Positions 46,797 through 55,919 are shown, counted from the first letter of the stretch. The stretch is DNA of 64,000 nucleotides from an uncultured virus (IMG/VR IMGVR_UViG_3300020042_006808) (IMGVR_UViG_3300020042_006808), one strand, 5' to 3'. Translations and numbers: made by a program. Notes: a model not told the origin generated them from the letters alone.

Positions 46797-46836
46797 TGAC
46801 GGCTAGTTGCTAGAAAGCCCGTGAGGGCTCTTAACC
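46787..46836 (+). ncRNA. Hammerhead ribozyme, type I (HHR2)
   Basis: GGTTAA CTGATGA cGGC-tagtt-GCTa GAAA GCCC-gtga-GGGC TC TTAACC; same stem I as HHR1, different but fully paired stem III, weak stem II. Confidence 0.85.
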
Positions 46837-46851
46837 AAAAACAATTTAATC

Positions 46852-47031
46852 ATGGAATACAACTTATTTCTATTTATTAAACTACACGAAGTGTATATCA
46901 AATCTAAATTAGAATACGACCTACTATTTGGAGAAGTATTGAGCCTATACGAAGATTGGAAAGTATGGGATTCCGATTTTGGGAGATTCTATAACACCTA
47001 CGAATCAATTGAGGAATTTTTAAAAGGTTAA
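46852..47031 (+). CDS. 59-aa early protein
   Basis: MEYNLFLFIKLHEVYIKSKLEYDLLFGEVLSLYEDWKVWDSDFGRFYNTYESIEEFLKG. Confidence 0.6.
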   Translation: MEYNLFLFIKLHEVYIKSKLEYDLLFGEVLSLYEDWKVWDSDFGRFYNTYESIEEFLKG

Positions 47032-47054
47032 CTAAACTAAAACACACACAAACT

Positions 47055-47267
47055 ATGGGAAGATTCATAACCGCCCGATTCAAAAGCAATTGTGCTGAGA
47101 CTGGCAAAACAATCAAACAAGGCGAGTCCATCTACTACGATGGCAAGGCCTACTGCATGGATTCTAAGGCCTACAGAGACCGCAAGGATGCCAACCAAAC
47201 CTTTGCTCACATCAAGGCAAATGAGGACGCTTACTATGACAATTTTTGTACCCAAAACAACATCTAA
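47055..47267 (+). CDS. Early small Cys-containing protein
   Basis: ARFKSNCAETGKTIKQGESIYYDGKAYC. Confidence 0.65.
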   Translation: MGRFITARFKSNCAETGKTIKQGESIYYDGKAYCMDSKAYRDRKDANQTFAHIKANEDAYYDNFCTQNNI

Positions 47268-47271
47268 AGCC

Positions 47272-48523
47272 ATGAAAATTCTAATTAAAATCATCTACAC
47301 GCTCCTAGCCTTTGCACCCATTTTCATTTTGGGATATATGTTAGGCGAAATTTAGAACTAAACATCCTTCGCCTTGGGCGTGGTATTCGATTACGAAAGG
47401 GTGCAAACAATTTAATCAACTTAAAAATCAAATCAAATCATGAAAAAAGATGAATTAATTTCGACCCTTATCGCCTTTGGAATCATGGCGGTAGTCATTT
47501 ACATTGGCCATCTGTATGGCCTAGAACTTGAGAAAATTATATTTTAATCAAAAAAACTATGAAAACACTACTACTTGCCCTATGTATATGGGGCTGCAAT
47601 GACAAAATTAAAATTCAGAACGCAGGTGATGTGGAAGGTCGCAAGACTTACCATGTAAAAGTCGGCAAGATAACCTATGAGTATATGTATGCTGAAGAGA
47701 TTGCTAATGGCCTGAAGACAGGCGATTGGTTGTATAATGAGGACTTAAAACTAAACAAATAAAATATGACAAAGTATATTGCATTAGTTAACTGGCAATC
47801 AAAAAAACTAGGCCAACTACAGAGCAACATGGTAATCGAAGCAAAGAATGAAGAGGATGCATTAGATATTCTAATAGGTAAAATAAAGAAACATAAAAGA
47901 TATTTAAAACATTTAGAAAATTGGCTAAGATGGATGGATAAAAATCAAGGTAGAGTTAAGGTAATAGACACAAAAATAATATAACTATGTTTTACCAAAT
48001 CAATTTCGAAAAAAGGCGTGTCATTGTACAAGATGTAATTGACCGCCTAACTAGGCTAGATGCCAACCAAGGTGCAAAGTATTTGCAAGGTCTTGAGAAC
48101 CTGCATAGCAAGTTCAATGTCAATTCAGATACGGATGCCTTGGGCATTCGTTATTATTCAACCAATAAACACCTAACAAAATGACAGACCTATTTGAGTC
48201 AATCGAAACACTACCTGAGCGAGTTCAAAAAATCCTCTGGGAGTATGCTTGGGAGGAAAAGAGTTACGAGGCGTGTGAGAGAATGTTAATCGACCTAGAG
48301 GCCGAGGGGTACACCTTTGAGTTTGGTCTTGATGCCGAGCCGTTCAACCTAACTAAAATAGATTGAGGCCATGGAAAAGAAAACTTATTACAGCGTGTGG
48401 ATAAGCAAGGAATTGATTTGGGAGGGCATAGCGTCCTCCTCATTCGAAGCCATTGACAGGGCGTACTCAAAGTACGCTCATCCAGTAAATCGAAATGAAT
48501 TGTACGCAAAAGTAAAAAAATAA
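47272..48523 (+). CDS. Run of tiny early ORFs (47272-47355 TM, 47440-47547 TM, 47559-47762, 47766-47984, 47987-48184, 48181-48366, 48371-48523)
   Basis: Head-to-tail ORFs with A-rich leaders; two are single hydrophobic helices. Confidence 0.55.
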
Positions 48524-48530
48524 GGCATTG

Positions 48531-48564
48531 CACTTGCATAAGTCTATTTCTCGTATTAAGTTAG
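48531..48564 (+). promoter_or_regulatory. Early promoter 2
   Basis: CACTTGCATA...TAAGTTAG, with the same spacing as 45311-45344. Confidence 0.6.
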
Positions 48565-48615
48565 CATATCATTAGTTCAACAACAAATTGGGAGTACTCT
48601 CTAGGGGGTACTCCC

Positions 48616-48666
48616 TCAGTACATGGGTGTGTGCCCATGCCGATGATTCCTAAAGGATGAAACTGA
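48616..48666 (+). ncRNA. Hammerhead ribozyme, type III, U4C core variant (HHR3)
   Basis: TCAG TA CATGGGT-gtgt-GCCCATG CCGATGA tTCC-taaa-GGAt GAAA CTGA. Confidence 0.78.
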
Positions 48667-48688
48667 AACCCAAAAAACAATTTACAAC

Positions 48689-49742
48689 ATGAAAAAAGAA
48701 ATCATTTTCGACCACGATGCCAAGTCCCTAGCGGGGGCACTTGGTGTTGAACCTCATGCATTTGCGAGCCAACTAGCAGCCGTGATGGCTATCTACGATG
48801 CCGTTAATGAGACTAAAGTCAGCAAACTAAGTGCTTTAGTACACTCATGCATCGACTACAAGATTATTTTATTAATGGCGACAACCCAACTTGTTGGTGT
48901 TGTTGAGCAGTTCAACAACTCAAATGACATTGATGAGTTGTTTGGCACTCTCTCACAAAACTAGCCATGAGTCGGTTCATGTCAATTGCATGGGAGTTGG
49001 CCAAATTCTTTTTTGTGTCAGTACCCTTGGCCATTGTGGTTTACATTGTGTTGCACATTGGCTTTGTATTTTACATCATTTATAAACAAATAAAATCCTT
49101 ATGAAAGCATTCGAAATTAACACCACGGCATGGGATGAGGAGAACTTTATCCTATTCACAAACTTGACCGATAGTCAAATAAAAAAAATAATCGAGCCAA
49201 TCGTATTTTACGAGCGGGAGGGCGGTGACGAGTACACCAATGACTCACTAGTTGACGCACTCATAGATGCCTATCCAGATAATCAAATTTATTCTTACAC
49301 AACACCTAAACGAATTGAAATATGAAAATCACAATTGAGGTAGATGTGCCTGAAGACATGGACTTGGAGCATACCTTAGAGTGTGTCACAGACGCTCTCT
49401 TTTTTTCTGACTGCGTAACATCAAAGGAAGAGAATTTTGTAATTGAATTAATTCAAGAACTTCAAAAACAATTAAACAAAAGTTAATCAAATTAAAACTA
49501 TGGAAAATTTCAAAGATTGGCAAGACTCTGGTCGTTGCTACACCAGAAAACACTTTCTATCCCTTTTCCCGACAGCTGAATTGCTAGGAGCTTGTGATGA
49601 GGTGATGCTATACGATGGTGATTACTACATTCAAGGCTTGTTTGGTGGCTCGTACTACTTTAGCAACACGAATCGGAGTAAGCACATTGAGGAGGTGGAG
49701 AAAAATTTATTTTTGGAAAAAGTCATGCAAAAGATAGACTAG
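48689..49742 (+). CDS. Run of small early ORFs (48689-48964, 48967-49092 TM, 49101-49325, 49322-49485, 49500-49742)
   Basis: Head-to-tail ORFs with A-rich leaders. Confidence 0.55.
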
Positions 49743-49786
49743 TATTAAACATTTTATTATCTTTACAATTCATTAAATAAAATAAA

Positions 49787-50089
49787 ATGAAACAAGACGT
49801 TTTTAATCAATACGTGGACAGGGTCATTGACCTCTTTGGGATAACCAAGGAGGCTTTCTTTTCCAAAACAAAGAAGCGAGAGGTAGTCGATGCTAGGCAA
49901 TTGATTTACTACCTGTGTGCCAAGAGGCCGATGCAAATAACTTACATCGAAAGGTACATGAATGATGCAGGGTACGAAATCAAGCACTCGTCAATCATCC
50001 ATGGCATATCTGCTGTAGAGAAAAGAATAGCAGAAGACAAGGACTATGTGTCCGTAATTAAAGAAGTAGAAAGAGCAGTTTTTATCTAG
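49787..50089 (+). CDS. DnaA C-terminal (domain IV)-like HTH protein
   Basis: FGITKEAFFSKTKKREVVDARQLIYYLC...HSSIIHGISAVE matches the DnaA domain IV pattern. Confidence 0.8.
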   Translation: MKQDVFNQYVDRVIDLFGITKEAFFSKTKKREVVDARQLIYYLCAKRPMQITYIERYMNDAGYEIKHSSIIHGISAVEKRIAEDKDYVSVIKEVERAVFI

Positions 50090-50097
50090 GAATCAAT

Positions 50098-50358
50098 ATG
50101 TATAGTTCAGAAGAGTTTTACGATGAGATATTTGAGTTCACCTACGATGACTCAGACTACGTCTGGAAGGGCGACTACAGGGTCGAGTCCTATGATGAGG
50201 ATGGAGACTACGACACTCCTCCTAGTGGCGAAACAAAGGTTAAGCTAATTCATACTACCGAGTTGCTTAAAACAAATGATGAGGGCGAGTACGAGAACAT
50301 TGTACTTGACCATGATTTGAAGTACGTTATTACAGAACACATTAAAGAATCACTTTAA
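50098..50358 (+). CDS. Very acidic small protein
   Basis: 86 aa, strongly Asp/Glu/Tyr-rich. Confidence 0.6.
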   Translation: MYSSEEFYDEIFEFTYDDSDYVWKGDYRVESYDEDGDYDTPPSGETKVKLIHTTELLKTNDEGEYENIVLDHDLKYVITEHIKESL

Positions 50359-50371
50359 CACCCCAAACAAA

Positions 50372-50995
50372 ATGGAAAAGAAAAAATCAGTATTCGACAG
50401 GCTAAGTGCCATCAACGTCAACGACCACGTTGAAAAGAAAAGTAACCTTACCTACCTATCATGGGCATGGGCATGGTCAGTAACAAAGAAGGAGTGCCCT
50501 GATGCGACTTACAAAATTTTGCCTACAGATTACGATGAGGCACTTGGGTTCATGTGTCAGACAGAGGTGACCATCGAGGGCGAGACGCTAGGTATGTGGC
50601 TTCCTGTCATGGACGGAGCGAACAGGTCTATGAAGAAGACTGAGTACACTGGTAAGTACGGAAAGATAGTTGATGGAGCTACTACGTTCGACATCAACAA
50701 GACCATCATGCGTTGCTTGGTAAAGAACCTAGCCATGTTTGGCTTGGGTATCTACATCTATGCAGGTGAGGACGTTCCTGAGGCAGAGACATCAACACCT
50801 ACACCTGCTCCTGCAAAGGCCAAGGTTAGCACAGGGCTAATTGATTTGGAGGTTGGTGATGAGAATTGGAACGGAGTTATTAAGTATGCCAAGGACAACA
50901 AAGATTTGGGCATCAGTAAGATTGGTCAGCAGTTGAGCAGGAAGTACAACATGAGCAATGAAGTGAAACAAGCAATCGTTAACCTTATAAAGTAA
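50372..50995 (+). CDS. Sak3/DUF1071-like ssDNA-annealing recombinase
   Basis: VEKKSNLTYLSWAWAW...MWLPVMD...DINKTIMRCLVKNLAMFGLGIYIYAGED. Confidence 0.85.
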   Translation: MEKKKSVFDRLSAINVNDHVEKKSNLTYLSWAWAWSVTKKECPDATYKILPTDYDEALGFMCQTEVTIEGETLGMWLPVMDGANRSMKKTEYTGKYGKIVDGATTFDINKTIMRCLVKNLAMFGLGIYIYAGEDVPEAETSTPTPAPAKAKVSTGLIDLEVGDENWNGVIKYAKDNKDLGISKIGQQLSRKYNMSNEVKQAIVNLIK

Positions 50996-51765
50996 TGAAA
51001 AACCTATTGGAGACTATTGACCTTACAGCGGAGCCAAATATCTTGGCTCTGCTTAATGACGACAAGGAGTACTACAGCGGTATTGGAAAGAACTATCTGT
51101 CCAACTCGGACATAGGCACGTTACTTAATAATCCAAAGGATTTCGGTAAGCCTAGAGAAGACAACAAGGCTTTCATGGATGGCAGATACTTTCACCAATT
51201 GATTTTGGAGCCTGAGAAAGCAGAGAATACTCCATTCGTGGACGTGAGTACACGGAACACCAAGGAGTACAAGAACTACTGCGAGACAAACAATCTCCCG
51301 TTCTGTATGCTAAAGAAGGAGCAGGAGGAGGTTCAGCATCTAGTTAATATCATCAAGGGTAATATCACGTTCTACGATGAGATTTTTCGAGAAGGCAATC
51401 AGTACGAGGTTCCTGCTGTTGGAATGATTCAGGGCATGATGTGGAAGGGTAAGGCAGACATTGTTGGTTGGGACTTCTTGATTGACCTAAAGACCACTGG
51501 TGACATTCAGAAATTTAAATGGTCAGCCAAGGCATACAACTACGATTCTCAGTGCTATATTTATCAGTATCTATTTGGAAAGCCTTTGGTGTTCTACGTA
51601 ATTGATAAGGTCACAGGTGTGTTGGGTGTTTTTAAGCCCACCATGGACTTTATTGACTCAGGTGAGGCCAAGGTATCCAAGGCCATAGAAGTCTTCTCTA
51701 AGTACTTCGGAAACACTCCTACGGACAACATCGAGAACTACTTCATAGACGAGTTCTTAATGTAA
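50995..51765 (+). CDS. PD-(D/E)xK exonuclease (RecE/ExoVIII, DUF3799-like)
   Basis: LSNSDI, GRYFHQLILEP, KGKADIV...IDLKTT, YNYDSQCYIY; coupled to the recombinase. Confidence 0.8.
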   Translation: MKNLLETIDLTAEPNILALLNDDKEYYSGIGKNYLSNSDIGTLLNNPKDFGKPREDNKAFMDGRYFHQLILEPEKAENTPFVDVSTRNTKEYKNYCETNNLPFCMLKKEQEEVQHLVNIIKGNITFYDEIFREGNQYEVPAVGMIQGMMWKGKADIVGWDFLIDLKTTGDIQKFKWSAKAYNYDSQCYIYQYLFGKPLVFYVIDKVTGVLGVFKPTMDFIDSGEAKVSKAIEVFSKYFGNTPTDNIENYFIDEFLM

Positions 51766-51814
51766 GGTTAGGTTAATAAAATTAAGTGATGACAGCTCGG
51801 AAAGACGGGCACAT

Positions 51815-51935
51815 AGTCAGGTGGCGGAATTGGTAGACGCACTCAATATAGGGCATAACAATCAGGGTCGTGGGAGGTTGAGCTGCTCCTATGGCTGAAG
51901 GCTCACAAATGCAGGTTCGAATCCTGTCCTGACTA
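51815..51935 (+). ncRNA. tRNA-like RNA (Leu-type D arm and T arm) with a 70-nt non-canonical middle; no anticodon can be assigned
   Basis: Acceptor AGTCAGG/CCTGACT-A, D arm TGGCGGAATTGGTAGACGC, T arm GCAGG-TTCGAAT-CCTGT. Confidence 0.8.
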
Positions 51936-51991
51936 CTAGTGCCTATAAAGACACTTACTTCTGGGAGGAGTTATATAACCCACACTAATTT

Positions 51992-52789
51992 ATGTTTGAT
52001 TTAAAAAATGAACCAATGGTGAAAAACAGTAACCAAGTTCACACAACAACAGATTACTTCCTATTCAAGCCAATAGAAGGTAATAGGAAAAAAAATCTGC
52101 TACATCTTAACAGATTAAAAAGGTCAATTATTGAGAATTATTTGTTTACAATTATTATTGTAAATGAAAAATATGAGATAATTGATGGGAATCACAGGTT
52201 TAGTATCATTCAAGAACTAAAATTGCCATTAAACTACATCATCTGTCATGGTTATGGTCTTTCGGAAGTTCATATACTTAATCAAAATGCAAAGACTTGG
52301 AACGCTGATGATTACTTAGAGGGATATTGCGGATTAGGATATGAAGACTACATTAAGTATTCTGAATTTAAAAAAAGATATGGCATTGGTCATCTTGAAT
52401 GTATGACTATATTGGGAGGCTATACAATCAACATGGGAGTCGATAGAACGAAGATATTTTTTAGGGGAGAGTTTAAGATTAAAGACTATCAAAAAGGTTG
52501 TGATGTTGCTGATAAGATTGAAATTATTGGCAAATACTATGCAAACTACAGAAGAAGAAGTTTTGTTTATGCTATACTTGGACTCTTAAAAAATAAAAAC
52601 TTTGAATACACTGAGTTTATACAAAAACTAAAAATACAACCTACAGCACTTGAAGACTGTACAAATACAAGCCAATATATTGGGTTGATTGAGGAAATTT
52701 ACAACTATCGAAGACGTATAAAAGTAAATTTGAGGTATTCATTTTTTGATAGTACCTATACTGATATTGACACCGATACTGACTCTTAA
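51992..52789 (+). CDS. ParB/Srx N-terminal domain protein
   Basis: GNR...LKRSI...IIVNEKYEIIDGNHRF...LNQNAKTW. Confidence 0.75.
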   Translation: MFDLKNEPMVKNSNQVHTTTDYFLFKPIEGNRKKNLLHLNRLKRSIIENYLFTIIIVNEKYEIIDGNHRFSIIQELKLPLNYIICHGYGLSEVHILNQNAKTWNADDYLEGYCGLGYEDYIKYSEFKKRYGIGHLECMTILGGYTINMGVDRTKIFFRGEFKIKDYQKGCDVADKIEIIGKYYANYRRRSFVYAILGLLKNKNFEYTEFIQKLKIQPTALEDCTNTSQYIGLIEEIYNYRRRIKVNLRYSFFDSTYTDIDTDTDS

Positions 52790-52852
52790 CTTAGTCCTAA
52801 AAGTTAATGGTTAGATAAAATAGATTAGGACAATAAATAAATTAAAAACACA

Positions 52853-53146
52853 ATGGCAAACGAAGAAAAAATCTTTGCAGACGGTTTCTCCTTCAAGAGA
52901 AACGAAAAGGCTCCTGAATTTGTAGTAGGGAGACTATCTTTAAAAGTTGATGATGCAGTTTTATTCCTAAAGGCGCATCAGAAGAACGGCTGGGTCAACC
53001 TTAACGTGAAGACCGCTCGTAGCGGTAACCATTACGTTGAGCTAGACACCTACGAGGCTCCTACAGGAGGAAAGCCAACAGAAGTACAGGCAAAGCCTGA
53101 ACCTGTGGTATATGAGCCTGTAGACGATGGTGAGCTACCATTCTAA
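52853..53146 (+). CDS. Single-stranded DNA-binding-like protein
   Basis: Short beta-rich core with an acidic C-terminal tip DDGELPF. Confidence 0.6.
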   Translation: MANEEKIFADGFSFKRNEKAPEFVVGRLSLKVDDAVLFLKAHQKNGWVNLNVKTARSGNHYVELDTYEAPTGGKPTEVQAKPEPVVYEPVDDGELPF

Positions 53147-53156
53147 TGGAGTTAAA

Positions 53157-53185
53157 TAGGGGGAGACAATCTCTCCCTTTTTTTT
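53157..53185 (+). terminator. Rho-independent terminator
   Basis: GGGGGAGA-caa-TCTCTCCC followed by a T tract. Confidence 0.75.
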
Positions 53186-53197
53186 GGCCTTTGTTCC

Positions 53198-53345
53198 TGA
53201 CGAAAATGTCAAAAAAATTTCTCCTATTCTCTGTATATATAATTTCTATTCTTTTATTTTTTTTTTAATTAAAATTTAAGAAGAAAATCGACATTATTGA
53301 CAGTAGTTTGATAATCAGTACTTTAAACGACATAAAATCGACACC
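53198..53345. repeat. Origin-like element B, same architecture as element A
   Basis: TGACGAAAATGTCAA, TATATA core, AAAATCGACAT (53284), IHF-like AATCAGTACTTTA (53313), AAAATCGACAC (53334). Confidence 0.6.
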
Positions 53346-53357
53346 CATTTAACATTT

Positions 53358-55766
53358 ATGACACAAGACATAACCATCTTTAAAAGTATCAAAGATACTG
53401 ACACTCCGTTCTTCAGGGACGTGAGGGTAATCCTTAACAGAATCAAGGAAGGCTCAGAAACAACTAGGGATTTGGTCAAGCGAATTCGCTCGGAGAAAAA
53501 TAAACCTGAGCGGCAAGAACTCAAGAAGTTATTACCAGCAATATGCTTCAGTGGTACATTCAACAAAAGAACAGACGCATCCCTGATACAGCACTCAGGT
53601 TTGATATGCCTAGACTTTGATGGATACAGCAAACAGAAGGAGCTACTACAGGACAAGGAGAACCTGACCAAGAACAAGTACGTGTTCTCGGTGTTTATCT
53701 CTCCCTCTGGAAATGGTCTAAAGGTATTGGTAAAGATTCCTGCCGATGCAGAGAACCATACCAACTACTTCAACAGCCTAGAGAAATACTTTAACAGCCC
53801 GTACTTCGACAAGACTAGCAAGAACATCTCTCGTGTATGCTACGAGTCTTACGACCCGCTCCTGCACATCAACGAGAACAGCAGTATATGGGACTTGATT
53901 GAGGAGCCTGAGTACACAGAGGTAAGCAAGACAAGAGACCAGCCTACTATCCCAATCACGGACGAGAATAAGATTGTGGACATACTTATTAAGTGGTGGA
54001 CAAAGAAGTACCCTATGAGTGAGGGACAGCGCAATCAGAACTGCTACGTTCTATCCATGGCCTTCAATGACTTTGGCATCAACAAGGGACTGGCATCCTA
54101 TGTATTGAATCAGTACGCCTCTGAGGACTTCTCAACCAGTGAGATTTCTACAACGATTGACTCAGCATACAAGCACACCGCAAACTTTGGTACCAAGTAC
54201 TATGAGGACGAGGAGCGGATAAATAACATCAGAGCCAAACTCAGACGTGGTGTATCAAAAAAAGAGATTCGCATCCAACTGCAAGACTCCCACTTGGACA
54301 GCGATATAATCGAATCTGTACTCAATAAGGTAGAAGAAGAGAACTCAAAGCAAACCTTTTGGGACAGAAACGATAAGGGAGTAGTAAAGATAATTCACAT
54401 TCAGTTCAAGCAGTTCCTTGAGGACAATGGGTTCTATAAGTTCTGCCCTGAGGGAGGAAAGAACTATGTGTTTGTAAAGGTCACCAACAACTTGATTGAC
54501 CACACATCTGACAAAGAGATTAAGGACTTCGTATTGAGTCACCTGCTGGAGCTGGATGATATTGGCGTATACAATTACTTTGCAGACCAAACTAGATTCT
54601 TTAAGGAGGAGTTCCTCTCTTTACTTTCTACGATTGATATTTACTTCATTGGAGATTCTAAAGATGAATCATACCTATACTATAAGAACTGTGCTATAAG
54701 AATTACAAAGGATGGAGTTTCACTATTGGACTACATTGACCTTGGCGGTTACGTTTGGAAAGACCACGTGATTGACAGGACCTTTGTAAAGTGTAGCGTG
54801 TCTGAGTCGTTTGATTTCAAAAAGTTTGTCAGCAACATAAATGGTGGTGACGAAGGAAGGATTCAATCAATGGAGAGTACGATAGGCTTCTTGCTTCATG
54901 GATATAAGAACCTTGGCTTCTGTCCTGCGGTGATATTAAACGATGAGGTAATTAGCGACAACCCTGAGGGAGGCACAGGAAAGGGATTGATTATGAACGC
55001 CCTGAGCAAGATGAAAAAGCTAGTGGTGATAGATGGTAAGTCATTTGCGTTTGAGCGTAGCTTCGCCTATCAGCTGGTGTCAGCAGACACTCAGATACTT
55101 TGCTTCGATGATGTGAGAAAGCACTTTGACTTTGAGAGGCTATTCAGTGTCATTACTGAGGGATTGACCTTAGAGAAGAAGAACAAGGATGCCATTAAGA
55201 TTCCGTTCGCTAAGTCTCCAAAGATTGCCCTGACAACTAACTATGCCATCAAGGGGGCCGGCAACTCATTCGCAAGACGTAAGTGGGAGCTAGAGTTACA
55301 CCAATACTACAGCAAGGAGTTTACGCCACAGGATGAGTTCGGTAGACTTATGTTTGGGGACTGGAACGATGACGACTGGTGTGAGTTTGACAACTACATG
55401 ATTGGATGTTTAAAGTCTTACCTGAGAACAGGATTAGTGAAAAGCAAATTCGTTAACTTGAAAATACGTCAGCTGTCAGCAGAGTCATCCCATGAGTTTA
55501 TCGAGTGGTGTGGATTGGTTGACCGTGCAGAGCGTAACGTGATGCTACAGGTTGACACTAGGCTGTACAAGAACGAGCTGTACTCTAACTTCGTGGAGGA
55601 GTACCCTGACTATGGACCGAGAGGAAGGATGAGTATCAGCAGGACTAAGTTCTACAAGTGGCTAATTGCTTATGCAATTTACAAGGAAGGGACGATGCCT
55701 GAGGAAGACAGAGACCAACAGGGGAGATGGATAATTATTAAAAGCAAAAAAGAAGATGAAGACTAA
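53358..55766 (+). CDS. Primase-helicase (BT4734/VirE-N-like primase, PriCT-like domain, P-loop helicase)
   Basis: LPAICFSGTF, SGLICLDFD, FISPSGNGLK, SRVCYESYDP; GQRN; GGTGKGL Walker A, CFDD Walker B, TTNY motif C. Confidence 0.85.
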   Translation: MTQDITIFKSIKDTDTPFFRDVRVILNRIKEGSETTRDLVKRIRSEKNKPERQELKKLLPAICFSGTFNKRTDASLIQHSGLICLDFDGYSKQKELLQDKENLTKNKYVFSVFISPSGNGLKVLVKIPADAENHTNYFNSLEKYFNSPYFDKTSKNISRVCYESYDPLLHINENSSIWDLIEEPEYTEVSKTRDQPTIPITDENKIVDILIKWWTKKYPMSEGQRNQNCYVLSMAFNDFGINKGLASYVLNQYASEDFSTSEISTTIDSAYKHTANFGTKYYEDEERINNIRAKLRRGVSKKEIRIQLQDSHLDSDIIESVLNKVEEENSKQTFWDRNDKGVVKIIHIQFKQFLEDNGFYKFCPEGGKNYVFVKVTNNLIDHTSDKEIKDFVLSHLLELDDIGVYNYFADQTRFFKEEFLSLLSTIDIYFIGDSKDESYLYYKNCAIRITKDGVSLLDYIDLGGYVWKDHVIDRTFVKCSVSESFDFKKFVSNINGGDEGRIQSMESTIGFLLHGYKNLGFCPAVILNDEVISDNPEGGTGKGLIMNALSKMKKLVVIDGKSFAFERSFAYQLVSADTQILCFDDVRKHFDFERLFSVITEGLTLEKKNKDAIKIPFAKSPKIALTTNYAIKGAGNSFARRKWELELHQYYSKEFTPQDEFGRLMFGDWNDDDWCEFDNYMIGCLKSYLRTGLVKSKFVNLKIRQLSAESSHEFIEWCGLVDRAERNVMLQVDTRLYKNELYSNFVEEYPDYGPRGRMSISRTKFYKWLIAYAIYKEGTMPEEDRDQQGRWIIIKSKKEDED

Positions 55767-55919
55767 TGTAATCATTTGGAACTACGTGTTCCATTTCAAT
55801 GAGTATACCAACAAGTGGTACGCAGTACATAGGGACAATTACTTAGACTATTGGAGCGATAATAAGGACGGCTTCCTTAGTGACGAGAGCCTAGATGAAT
55901 TGATTAAGAAGATAAAAAA

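Noticed and set aside
47690..47725. Additional CTGAAGA hammerhead cores (47692, 47711; also near 49350)
   Set aside because: They lie inside coding sequence with no stem II-GAAA or flanking stems.
51936..51990. Theta (HDV-like) ribozyme downstream of the tRNA-like RNA
   Set aside because: Only weak hairpins are visible and I could not build the nested double pseudoknot; a covariance or motif search would be needed.
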